Shown here one piece after another: positions 22,902-34,767 of a DNA stretch of 64,000 bases; positions within the stretch are counted from its first letter, which is position 1, and every line of letters begins with the position of its first letter. The position numbers and the translations under genes are program-made. The stretch comes from Eledone cirrhosa (lineage: Eukaryota), in the NCBI GenBank assembly GCA_964016885.1, contig CAXHJY010001233.1:62001-126000 (forward strand). Direction: 5' to 3'. The notes below the pieces were generated by a model. It was not told the DNA's origin. It saw nothing but the letters and a program-made list of their open reading frames with translations, and ran no database searches.

Positions 22902-25844
22902 ATGTATCAGCCAATTTCTTCATCTGGCAGCGTCTGTAATCCTCTAAAGATGGAGATGTTAATGGCATCTGCAGTGGAGAGCAATGATATAAACACATTA
23001 GAGAGGTTGATAGTAGACACAACCAGGCTGATATCTGATTGGTCAAGCGTTAAATTGCTCTCCACTGCAGTGGAGAGCAATGATATAAACACATTAGAGA
23101 GGTTGATAGTAGACACAACCAGGCTGATATCTGATTGGTCAAGCGTTAAATTGCTCTCCACTGCAGTGGAGAGCAATGATATAAACACATTAGAGAGGTT
23201 GATAGTAGACACAACCAGGCTGATATCTGATTGGTCAAGCGTTAAATTGCTCTCCACTGCAGTGGAGAGCAATGATATAAACACATTAGAGAGGTTGATA
23301 GTAGACACAACCAGGCTGATATCTGATTGGTCAAGCGTTAAATTGCTCTCCACTGCAGTGGAGAGCAATGATATAAACACATTAGAGAGGTTGATAGTAG
23401 ACACAACCAGGCTGATGTCTGATTGGTCAAGCGTTAAATTGCTCTCCACTGCAGTGGAGAGCAATGATATAAACACATTAGAGAGGTTGATAGTAGACAC
23501 AACCAGGCTGATATCTGATTGGTCAAGCGTTAAATTGCTCTCCACTGCAGTGGAGAGCAATGATATAAACACATTAGAGAGGTTGATAGTAGACACAACC
23601 AGGCTGATGTCTGATTGGTCAAGCGTTAAATTGCTCTCCACTGCAGTGGAGAGCAATGATATAAACACATTAGAGAGGTTGATAGTAGACACAACCAGGC
23701 TGATATCTGATTGGTCAAGCGTTAAATTGCTCTCCACTGCAGTGGAGAGCAATGATATAAACACATTAGAGAGGTTGATAGTAGACACAACCAGGCTGAT
23801 ATCTGATTGGTCAAACGTTAAATTGCTCTCCACTGCAGTGGAGAGCAATGATATAAACACATTAGAGAGGTTGATAGTAGACACAACCAGGCTGATATCT
23901 GATTGGTCAAGCGTTAAATTGCTCTCCACTGCAGTGGAGAGCAATGATATAAACACATTAGAGAGGTTGATAGTAGACACAACCAGGCTGATGTCTGATT
24001 GGTCAAGCGTTAAATTGCTCTCCACTGCAGTGGAGAGCAATGATATAAACACATTAGAGAGGTTGATAGTAGACACAACCAGGCTGATGTCTGATTGGTC
24101 AAGCGTTAAATTGCTCTCCACTGCAGTGGAGAGCAATGATATAAACACATTAGAGAGGTTGATAGTAGACACAACCAGGCTGATATCTGATTGGTCAAGC
24201 GTTAAATTGCTCTCCACTGCAGTGGAGAGCAATGATATAAACACATTAGAGAGGTTGATAGTAGACACAACCAGGCTGATGTCTGATTGGTCAAGCGTTA
24301 AATTGCTCTCCACTGCAGTGGAGAGCAATGATATAAACACATTAGAGAGGTTGATAGTAGACACAACCAGGCTGATATCTGATTGGTCAAGCGTTAAATT
24401 GCTCTCCACTGCAGTGGAGAGCAATGATATAAACACATTAGAGAGGTTGATAGTAGACACAACCAGGCTGATATCTGATTGGTCAAGCGTTAAATTGCTC
24501 TCCACTGCAGTGGAGAGCAATGATATAAACACATTAGAGAGGTTGATAGTAGACACAACCAGGCTGATATCTGATTGGTCAAACGTTAAATTGCTCTCCA
24601 CTGCAGTGGAGAGCAATGATATAAACACATTAGAGAGGTTGATAGTAGACACAACCAGGCTGATGTCTGATTGGTCAAGCGTTAAATTGCTCTCCACTGC
24701 AGTGGAGAGCAATGATATAAACACATTAGAGAGGTTGATAGTAGACACAACCAGGCTGATGTCTGATTGGTCAAGCGTTAAATTGCTCTCCACTGCAGTG
24801 GAGAGCAATGATATAAACACATTAGAGAGGTTGATAGTAGACACAACCAGGCTGATGTCTGATTGGTCAAGCGTTAAATTGCTCTCCACTGCAGTGGAGA
24901 GCAATGATATAAACACATTAGAGAGGTTGATAGTAGACACAACCAGGCTGATGTCTGATTGGTCAAGCGTTAAATTGCTCTCCACTGCAGTGGAGAGCAA
25001 TGATATAAACACATTAGAGAGGTTGATAGTAGACACAACCAGGCTGATGTCTGATTGGTCAAGCGTTAAATTGCTCTCCACTGCAGTGGAGAGCAATGAT
25101 ATAAACACATTAGAGAGGTTGATAGTAGACACAACCAGGCTGATGTCTGATTGGTCAAGCGTTAAATTGCTCTCCACTGCAGTGGAGAGCAATGATATAA
25201 ACACATTAGAGAGGTTGATAGTAGACACAACCAGGCTGATGTCTGATTGGTCAAGCGTTAAATTGCTCTCCACTGCAGTGGAGAGCAATGATATAAACAC
25301 ATTAGAGAGGTTGATAGTAGACACAACCAGGCTGATATCTGATTGGTCAAGCGTTAAATTGCTCTCCACTGCAGTGGAGAGCAATGATATAAACACATTA
25401 GAGAGGTTGATAGTAGACACAACCAGGCTGATGTCTGATTGGTCAAGCGTTAAATTGCTCTCCACTGCAGTGGAGAGCAATGATATAAACACATTAGAGA
25501 GGTTGATAGTAGACACAACCAGGCTGATATCTGATTGGTCAAGCGTTAAATTGCTCTCCACTGCAGTGGAGAGCAATGATATAAACACATTAGAGAGGTT
25601 GATAGTAGACACAACCAGGCTGATGTCTGATTGGTCAAGCGTTAAATTGCTCTCCACTGCAGTGGAGAGCAATGATATAAACACATTAGAGAGGTTGATA
25701 GTAGACACAACCAGGCTGATATCTGATTGGTCAAGCGTTAAATTGCTCTCCACTGCAGTGGAGAGCAATGATATAAACACATTAGAGAGGTTGATAGTAG
25801 ACACAACCAGGCTGATATCTGATTGGTCAAGTGTCAAGCGTTAA
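22902..25844 (+). CDS. Hypothetical 980-aa ORF of 32-aa repeats, weakly ankyrin-like (coding status unproven)
   Basis: ATG in AAAACATG context, 22-aa unique leader in frame. LSTAVESNDINTLERLI follows the ankyrin helix-turn-helix hydrophobic register but lacks TPLH and G. The frame may be open by chance. Confidence 0.25.
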   Translation: MYQPISSSGSVCNPLKMEMLMASAVESNDINTLERLIVDTTRLISDWSSVKLLSTAVESNDINTLERLIVDTTRLISDWSSVKLLSTAVESNDINTLERLIVDTTRLISDWSSVKLLSTAVESNDINTLERLIVDTTRLISDWSSVKLLSTAVESNDINTLERLIVDTTRLMSDWSSVKLLSTAVESNDINTLERLIVDTTRLISDWSSVKLLSTAVESNDINTLERLIVDTTRLMSDWSSVKLLSTAVESNDINTLERLIVDTTRLISDWSSVKLLSTAVESNDINTLERLIVDTTRLISDWSNVKLLSTAVESNDINTLERLIVDTTRLISDWSSVKLLSTAVESNDINTLERLIVDTTRLMSDWSSVKLLSTAVESNDINTLERLIVDTTRLMSDWSSVKLLSTAVESNDINTLERLIVDTTRLISDWSSVKLLSTAVESNDINTLERLIVDTTRLMSDWSSVKLLSTAVESNDINTLERLIVDTTRLISDWSSVKLLSTAVESNDINTLERLIVDTTRLISDWSSVKLLSTAVESNDINTLERLIVDTTRLISDWSNVKLLSTAVESNDINTLERLIVDTTRLMSDWSSVKLLSTAVESNDINTLERLIVDTTRLMSDWSSVKLLSTAVESNDINTLERLIVDTTRLMSDWSSVKLLSTAVESNDINTLERLIVDTTRLMSDWSSVKLLSTAVESNDINTLERLIVDTTRLMSDWSSVKLLSTAVESNDINTLERLIVDTTRLMSDWSSVKLLSTAVESNDINTLERLIVDTTRLMSDWSSVKLLSTAVESNDINTLERLIVDTTRLISDWSSVKLLSTAVESNDINTLERLIVDTTRLMSDWSSVKLLSTAVESNDINTLERLIVDTTRLISDWSSVKLLSTAVESNDINTLERLIVDTTRLMSDWSSVKLLSTAVESNDINTLERLIVDTTRLISDWSSVKLLSTAVESNDINTLERLIVDTTRLISDWSSVKR

Positions 25845-25855
25845 ATTGCTCTCCA
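22969..25855. repeat. 96-bp tandem array, 30 units, with a perfect 28-bp palindrome at each junction
   Basis: CTGCAG recurs every 96 bp from 22969 to 25753. Junction ATTGCTCTCCACTGCAGTGGAGAGCAAT. Only two variable positions, plus a 7-bp duplication in the last unit. Confidence 0.98.
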
Positions 25856-26072
25856 GGAAACACACAGCTTTTTATATTATCGTGCTTGCTGCGATTATTC
25901 AAAACCTCTCTTACCCCCCCCCCCTCTCCCCTTCGATGAATTGTCGTCGTCCATGGCTGCTCTTGTACGCAATACGCAAGTCTCCAGTGTATCAGACACA
26001 CACACACATTATATATATATATACATATAACCAAATGAAAAAGATATATGTTTAGAGAGAGAGAGAAAGAGT

Positions 26073-26160
26073 CATATATTGTATAAGAAACACGGTATAT
26101 TGTATATATACCAAATATTTGGTATATATACAATATACCGTGTTTCTTATACAATATATG
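26073..26160. repeat. Perfect 88-bp palindrome
   Basis: Centre CCAAATATTTGG. Imperfect extension to about 26044-26192. Confidence 0.9.
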
Positions 26161-26587
26161 CCCCTTTCTCTCTCTCTATATATAAACATATATATATATA
26201 TATATATATATATAAGTAAATATGTTTTGAAACAGTGAGCAGGTTTGAAATTAGAAAATAGAATAGCTTTCACCGTATTTTTTGACTAAAGAAATTTTAG
26301 TCTGATAATGGGGTTTAGAACCCTCAGATAAATGGAAAAAGATGAGTATTGATGTACATATATATATACACACACATAATTTTGCTGTCAGTAACTTCGA
26401 AGTAAGATGACTTATTCAAACTGACGGACAGTTTGAATAAAGTCACCACTGACGAAACTATTAATAACAGTTCTGTCCATTATCTCTTTCTATATCTGTA
26501 TTAAGACTTTTCTTTATTATTCAGTAAAAGTTCTTTGTTTTAATGTATTCTAAAAAAACACATCTTTGACAACACACACAAACATAT

Positions 26588-27350
26588 ACAGAGTAATCCC
26601 TCGCTTAACACGGTTTCCTTTAGCATGTCCTTTTCAAGTTAACGCGATTTTAAAATGATAAATAGTTATTATTTAAGGCACAGTCCAAATATTGTCTCTT
26701 TTTATTAAGCCGGTCGTCATCGACGAGTGAGCGAGAAACGAGCCTACTGCCAGGCAGTCATCTGGCTAAATTAATGAGGATGAAGCCATATACTGATTGT
26801 TATCACTCATGACAATCCTATAACCAGTTACACCTCTGAAGCGTTGAGAGAAGATACGGCTAGATACGGCTTTTGCCTTCTCACGCACCACATATTTTTT
26901 CGTCAAAGTTTTCTAAAGTCAAGCCGCTTTACCCATTAAATAACAATGGCCATGAGAACGAGAGAAAGAAAGTAAAAATAGAAACAAAATGTCAGTATTA
27001 CAGAAAAGTGAAAAAAATACTTTAGAAGAGGAAATGTTAGAACTAATTAAATATTGGTTTCTGATTTAGGGACAAGGCCAGCAATTTTGTGGGAGGAGAG
27101 GAAAGTCGATTAAATCGACCCAGTACATTACTGGTACTTTATTTTATCGACCCCCCCGTAAGGATTCGAACTCAGATTGTAAAGGGACGTAACTCTATGT
27201 CACAAAGCATGTAGACCGACGTTCTACCAATACTGCCAGTCCATCACCCTCGAAGAAGATACGATAGAAGTGCAAGACTGTCAGAGTTAAGTTGTTCTTG
27301 TGGAATGAAGGAAGCAAAAAATACAAAAGATTTTTAGACAAGCTTATGAT
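26588..27350 (+). mobile_element. Tigger/pogo-like DNA transposon 5' remnant interrupted by a SINE
   Basis: Terminal-like GTAATCCCTCGCTTAACACGG...AAGTTAACGCG. Peptide TLEEEMLELIK (about 27019-27051) resumes after the SINE as RRYDRSARLSELS, resembling the CENP-B/psq HTH start. Confidence 0.5.
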
Positions 27351-27845
27351 TAAAAGAAGCAAGACTGTCACCAAACATTGGTGACAGTCTTCTGAACAGA
27401 TTCTGTAGGTGTTATAATTGGCAGTATCGGTAGACGGTCGGACGCCATGCTTTGACGCATAGAGTTACGGCCCTTTATGGTCTGAGTTCAAATCCCGCCG
27501 AGGTTAACTTTACCTTTCATCCTTACGGGGTCGATAAAATAAAGTACCAGTAATACACTGGGATAATTGCTGGCCTTGTGCCAAAAGTAGAAACAATTAT
27601 ATTTTACCGACTCTGAAAAGATAAAAAGGCAAAGTTGATCTCGGCAGGATTTGAACTTATAAAGTACCAGAACTAATACCACAAAACATCTTGTCTGGTG
27701 CTCTACCGACCCACCGATCAACTAATAATAATAATACTAATTTCAACTATAGACACAAGGCCAGCAATTATCCCAGTGTATTACTGGTACAGTAATACAC
27801 TGGGATAAATGCTGGGCTTGTGCCAAAAGTAGAAACAATTATTAT
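27055..27845. mobile_element. SINE family A cluster (27055-27250 -, 27416-27600 +, 27600-27720 -, fold-back tails 27745-27845)
   Basis: Direct similarity to the family A consensus. Confidence 0.85.
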
Positions 27846-28151
27846 TGCCTTAGAAACATTTTGAGACAAGCTTATGATTAAAAAAAAGCAAACATTGGTG
27901 ACATTCTTCTGAACAGATTCTGTAGGTGTTATGATTGGCTTAGAAACAGTTGGACTCGTTTCTACGATTAAGTTTCTTTTTGTTATTAAAAGGAAAAAAA
28001 ATGCTTGTTTTATTCTTTGTTCTCGTTAATAAAGTTAAGACTTTAAAGAGAATTCCTTTAATATTTTACAAATTCCCACTTCTCCTTACCACCGTTTTTT
28101 TCTTTTTCTTTTGCTTCTTCGTTTTTTTTTTGAAACTCTATCTTGTATGTG

Positions 28152-28220
<69 letters not shown>

Positions 28221-28836
28221 ATGTGAGTGTGTGTATGTGTGTGTGTGTGTTACAACAGAAATAATTTGTTACATAACCAAATTACAAGACTTAGTGAAAA
28301 GACTAAAAATAATTCTTATAGTATTTCAATCCCCTTCATTTCTGCTGGTGGTGGGAGTTAGGTGGTGGTGGTTGTGTGGGTGGTGGTGGTGGGGATAGTT
28401 GTGTGATGGGGTGGTGAGGAGGTGGTGGGGGGTGGAGATATCTCATTACTTCTTACTAATAAACTTTCGTTCATTCAGTTTTCAGCAAACGTTTCAAAGT
28501 TTCATTCTATTCTGCTGATATTCACGAATGCGTTTGGAAGACGACGCAAACATTAGGAGAGGAGTAGTTGCCACGATTGGAGGCATCCCCCACGAGGGAA
28601 GAGTAGCTGAGCCAGCAGAGGGTGTCGCTGGCTGTTCTCTATGGCAACACCTTCATCATTTTGTCCGTGGGACACAGCTGAGATATATCTGTCGCTCATT
28701 CACGCTTTCTCATTACTTTCGTTATTTAATGTTTTTTTTTTCTTTCCGTTTTTTTCTTATTTTATTGCCAACATAATATAACATAGTTGAAATTGGCTGA
28801 ATATAGTTTAACAGTAATAGAAACGCCCCCCATCAC

Positions 28837-28909
<73 letters not shown>

Positions 28910-29317
28910 AACCGTAAACGTTTAAAAGATAAATTATGTTGGAATTCATGAATGAGTTCAAACGATGTGAAAGACCTATTTATATGGATATAAGTTTCAA
29001 TGGAAAAGGGGAGAGGGCTTTATCAGTGTGTCCGAGTGAAATCAAAAGTAGCAGCTTGAACAAATAGTCAAATGAAAAGTGCAGCATCACATTTGAGAGG
29101 AAAAGGGGTGAAATAAAGGGCAACATGCCTAATTAAGTGAGGGTATGACCTTTCCAGGTCTTTCACAATTGAATGTTTTATTGTAATAATAACAAACGCG
29201 TCGACCCTTCTTCACAGCGGAATCAGAGCGGAGAACACAATTTAAATATATAGAAAGGTGACAGTCCGAGTTTAGGAAGTCGGTGGTAACTAGAGAACTG
29301 ACCAACATCCACACATG

Positions 29318-29355
<38 letters not shown>

Positions 29356-29360
29356 CATGA

Positions 29361-29689
29361 CTTTAGATGGCACTCCGTCGGTTACGACGACGAGTGTTCC
29401 AGTTGATACGATCAACGGAACAGCCTGCTCGTGAAATTAACGTGCAAGTGACTGAGCATTCCGCAAACGCGCGTAACATTAACATAGTTCTTAGGGAGAT
29501 TCAGTGTGACACAGATTGTGACAAGGCTGGCCCTTCAAATTACAGGTACAACTCATTTTTGCCAGTTGAGTGGACTGGGGCAACGTGAAATAAAGTGTCT
29601 TGCTCAAGGACACAACGCGCCACCGGGAATCGAACTCACAACCTTGCGATTGTGAGCTGAATACCTTAACCACAAAGCCACGCGCCTTC
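29361..29689 (-). mobile_element. tRNA-derived SINE, family C2, full length
   Basis: Minus strand GAAGGCGCGTGGCTTTGTGGTTAAGG...GAGTTCGATTCCCGG...GTTGTGTCCTTGAGCAAGACACTTTATTTCACGTTGC. Same head and core as C1, different tail. Confidence 0.85.
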
Positions 29690-30540
29690 ACACACACACA
29701 GGTTTTTATGTAAACAGATAGCGTTTAATAACTGATCCGTGTTTAAATATTGAAAAGGCGGTCAATTTGGCAGAGTGGTTAAAGCACAGGATTAAATATT
29801 GAATTCAAGATAAGACTTGTTCATCAAACCTGAAGCAAAATAGCTGAGATTACTACTACTACTACCACTACCACTACTACTAATACTACTACTACAACTA
29901 CTCAAGAAGAAACCGGTTGTGTTTTGACCTGGAGAAGGATGGGCTGTGTAAGGTTTAAAATGCGCAAGACAGCCGTATGTGTCAGGATAGCGCCCACAAC
30001 GATTCCATCAGGAGTTAAACGTCCTTTAACTTAAATTCTAAGGAAGCATATCTCTAGTCTTTGTCATCCTTTCTTTGAATTCAGGCACAGTGTATCTAGG
30101 ACTACATCATCTCTAATGTATCCATTTGAAAAGAAAACTAGAAGGTGAGGGTGTGATTTGTGGGGTGAGGGTGTGATTTGTGGAAGATTTCACTGTTATT
30201 TTTAGCAGGACGCAAACCAGAGAGAGTCTTCCTCGTTGGTTCATAACTGTAACTTAGCAGACGACATCGCAATTTTTCGTGTTAGTGTCACAACAGCGGA
30301 GATTAACACCAGAAGTAGAATGCTTGGCAGGCATGATGCATGCTTTTGCAGATTCTACTCACATAGTCTAAATTGAATGACGTCAGAATAGCATTTATTT
30401 CGAATTCCTACGAGAGTAAAAAGAAATACGCCCTTGTGACCTATTGAGGCTGTTTAATTGTTTATAGCCTTTAACAAACTACCATTCTGACTGGAGAAAA
30501 GAATTTCTTATATATTACCAACCATAATACTATGCCACGC

Positions 30541-30579
<39 letters not shown>

Positions 30580-31056
30580 CCGGCTTTAACTCTTTGCAAT
30601 TTACACGCACAAACATACACATACAGACACACACATACACACACTAGTTCCTTTTCCTATTTCAGTTCACTTTCCAATCACAAGATCCTGGGTTCTAACC
30701 CTACATTTGTCCCTGTAAATAGTTATTTCTCCAAACTTACATATATATTTAATCGTGTATATTATTTCTACATACATGTTGAACATTTATGTAATTATAT
30801 CCTAAAAATAAGTTATTAAATTACTGTTCTAATCTTTAATCACTTCCACGTGTCAGTTATCAACATAAACTATAGGGTTTCTCTTCTGCAAACAATACAT
30901 TGATCAAAACATGGTTTTCTTAGTTTATATGGTTATTTATATATGTAGTAATCCTGGTATATATCTCGACTCCAAAAATTAAATACATTTAACGACATTG
31001 CTATCAATATTAACAGCACAGATTAAAACAACCCCAGTGTGTGACTGGTACTTTAA

Positions 31057-31268
31057 TAATTGTTTCTACTTTAGGCACAAGGCCAGCAATTTTGGGGGGA
31101 GGGGAACATCGATTAAATCGACCACGGTGCATTATTGGTATTTTATTTTATCGACCCCGTTAGGATGAAAGGCAAAGTTAACCTCGGCTGGATTTGAACT
31201 TAGACAGTAAAGAGCCGTAACTCTATGCTGCAAAGCATGGCGTCCGACACTCTACCGATACTGCCAAT
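31057..31268 (-). mobile_element. SINE family A (long variant)
   Basis: Direct similarity. Confidence 0.85.
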
Positions 31269-31596
31269 AGAGTAATTATTGAAAGAATAGAATCTTAAAA
31301 AGAATTGGCAAGGCGAAAAAAAACAAGTTTTCAATGACTGAAGGTGATATCGACTGAAGTGGTAATATATTTGACTAGGACAGGTGTATCTTTGGGGTGA
31401 CAATAACGAAGATATGTGCACGAAAATACAGTTTACAACTATTAGATGGTGTTTGCATTTCAGGTGTCAGTTTGTTTGTCAAATTGCATTAGAAAAGAGG
31501 AGGATGAGGGGTGAAGTGGAGGGAGGGGAGGGTGTTGGTGGTGAAAGAATACTTCTTATAGTTGATTTTGAGTAAACAACTATAAGAGTTCTTTCG

Positions 31597-32429
31597 TCAC
31601 CATCACCACCACCAACACCACCACTTCTATCACCACCACCACCACACTTCCGCCAACTTCCACCACCACCACCACCGCCATCGTCACCACCACCACCACC
31701 ACCATCGGCACCACCACCACACTTCCGCCCACCACCACCACCACCACCACACTTCCGCCCACTACCACCACCACCACCACCATCGTCACCACCACCACCA
31801 CCACCACACTTCCGCCCACACACAGTAACGATGGAACATATTTACGTAAATCTGTTTAAAATTCGCAGCAAACTTGGTGAATCAAGGTTGAAAAACTTTG
31901 GAAGATGTTCAACGCTTTTCAATCAACACTGGAAACGTTCTGTTAACGAGTTTGTTTTGTTGGTGTTGATGGTGGTGATGGTGTTGATGGTGGTGATGGT
32001 GGTGATGGTGGTGATGGTGTTATTGGTGGTGATGGTGTTATTGGTGTTGATGGTGGTGGTGGTGATGTTGTTGGTGTTAATGGTGTTGGTGGTGATGGTG
32101 GTGTTGGTGGTGGTGTTGGTGTTGGTGTTGGTGGAGATGGTGGTGATGTTGGTGATGGTGGCGGTGGTGTTGGTGGTGGTGGTGATGGTGATGGTGTTGA
32201 TGGTGTTGATGTTGGTGTTCGTTAAGCTGGAAGAGTTCAACTGAATTTACTCAATATCCGGATTAAAGTAATGATTAACGTACATGGTTCGAGATGAGGG
32301 CCATAGACATGATATATATACATATATATATACACATATATATATATACATATATATATACACATATATATATATACATATATATATATACACATATATA
32401 TACACATATATATATATATATATATACAC

Positions 32430-32488
<59 letters not shown>

Positions 32489-32690
32489 TATATATATATA
32501 TATACACACACATATATATATATACATATACACATATACATATATATATACACATATATATATATACACATATATATATATACACATATATATATACACA
32601 TATATATATATACATATATATATATACACATATATAGTTATACACACATATATATATACACATATATATATACACATATATATATATATG
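31597..32690. repeat. Compound low-complexity region: (CAC)n, (GGT/GAT)n, (TA/CA)n
   Basis: Direct reading. Confidence 0.95.
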
Positions 32691-32715
32691 ATTCGCTCGC
32701 GTAAACAACAAATTA

Positions 32716-32751
<36 letters not shown>

Positions 32752-33522
32752 CTTAGTTTGTTGTTTATGCGAGCGAATCATGTAAAACAAAGGTAAAACA
32801 AAGAAGAAAACTAAAAGTCAAGTAATGGTGACTCAGCAAATCTTGTCATATAGAACTCAGCGTGTTCTGATTCTATAAATCAAAACAGTTCTGTATAAAG
32901 TGACATTATGATGGGGTGGGTCCTACAGTTCGTATTACTACCTTACACTTTTCCTGACTTCATTGGGTTCAGTTTCCTTAATTCTCAACATGCAACTTAC
33001 AACTTAAATCTAATTAGACTTACTTAACCCCTTATGTTGAATATAATTAATCTTGCTCTCGGCGTTTCTTTAAACTGATTTGATTATTATTATCATTTTT
33101 TTTTTTTTTTTTTTACATTTTATATATTTTCTGAATGTTCTATCTGCCATTATCACATTATCACAACAACCAGTGTTTGTTAAAAACTAGCTGACGCCCA
33201 CCAAAACCCTGTTGTAAACTTAGTCATTGTATTTAGTATTTAGTTGTCTCTTCTTACCTCACTGACAAGAGAGCCTGCACTCCTCTCCCTTAAAAAACTA
33301 AAAAGAACTAAAAGAAAAAACTACATTGTATGAATTCTATTTTCATATATCATCCTACTGATATTTCCAAATATTCAAATTCGACGTTTAAAGTATCACA
33401 TTCCTTCGTATTAAAATAACCATTATGTATTAGCTATTATGTATTAGCCATGTCGTGTTATTTACACATCACAGTTTCATTTTATACATGAAATATTAGA
33501 GTTTATTGTTTGTGAACAAATA

Positions 33523-33722
33523 CAGCCCTGCCAACACCTACAAACACCCAAACAGGGAGTACCATGAAAAAAGTGCCCCGAAACGGGGAGAAATGAGGCG
33601 AAACGGGGAGATTTTACATAATGAAAGCTATACCCATTTTCCCAAGAGAAGACATCTCTCGCCCACCCTAAAGTGGGTGGGAGATCTCCCCGTCCGACGG
33701 GGAGGGAGAGTTGACAGGTCTG
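33523..33722. mobile_element. 200-bp MITE with 13-bp TIRs and apparent 6-bp TSD (hAT-like)
   Basis: CAGCCCTGCCAAC ... GTTGACAGGTCTG. CAAATA on both sides (33517-33522, 33723-33728). Internal repeats CGAAACGGGGAGA. Confidence 0.75.
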
Positions 33723-34727
33723 CAAATATGTAATCTTTAGTATGTATTAACGTATCATATACTGATGATAATAGATCCTTCGTCGGCGTAGACGACGAGC
33801 AGCTCCTGTCAGAAGCAACCGCGAGAGTCGCGTGGGCAAAGTCCCCAAACACTCCTCCTAGCGGGTCCTGTCAGAACCAACCATCTCCAATTGATTTAAA
33901 TTACTGTTCTACCACGTTAACCAAATTTAATAATTATAATATTCGTTTTAGAATTATTTTCTAAAAGAATGTTTCGATTATTTCAAGGATTCTATTTTAG
34001 TAATTGGAATTCTAAAGTGTTTTGTACACGCACGCATGTAGACATGCAGCAGACATATCTACCTAGTTGTTGGGGTTTAAATTCCAATGTGAGAGTCTTG
34101 TGTCTTTGTTAGAAACCGGCTCTCTCTCTCTGTAAACAAAATTATAAAACCAGAAGAACATACATACATATACATACATACATATATACATACACACATA
34201 CATATATATAAAAGTATATACACAACACACATACATATATATAAAAGTATATACACAACACACATACATATATATAAAAGTATATACACAACACACATAC
34301 ATATATATAAAAGTATATACACACATACCTACATATGTACGTAGATATATACGTATATACACACATACGTCCATATGTACGTACATATATACGTATATAC
34401 ATAGCCACACACATATACCCACACCATACACATATAAACACATCATAGAAGGTAGTTATTAATAACATCGAGCAACATGGCGGAAAGTGTCGAAAGAGCG
34501 ACGATGTTTCAATGGTAATAAGCAGCAGGGAAACCTCACCAACACAACAAGCTTCAGCTTTAAAATGACTGGCTCTATGACGTCATAGCTTTAGTATTAT
34601 TATTATTATTGTTGTGGAATCTCTTTATAAAGAGAGTAACACACATACATACACACACACATATATATGTGTGTATGTGTTCATGTGTGTGTATGACCAG
34701 TTCTACCTATTGGTAAATAACACAAAT

Positions 34728-34767
<40 letters not shown>

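Noticed and set aside
22907-25837. 976-aa minus-strand ORF as a gene
   Set aside because: Starts at a non-ATG codon, no recognisable domain, and openness follows from one stop-free 96-bp unit.
22969-25855. CRISPR-like array (regular palindromic repeats)
   Set aside because: Inter-palindrome sequences are identical rather than unique spacers, there are no cas genes, and the context is eukaryotic.
26295-26480. Hammerhead-like remnants (CTGATAAT-GGGG..CCCT; CTGACGAAAC), and similar at 34765-34830 and 338-372
   Set aside because: Core too degenerate to call without a covariance model.
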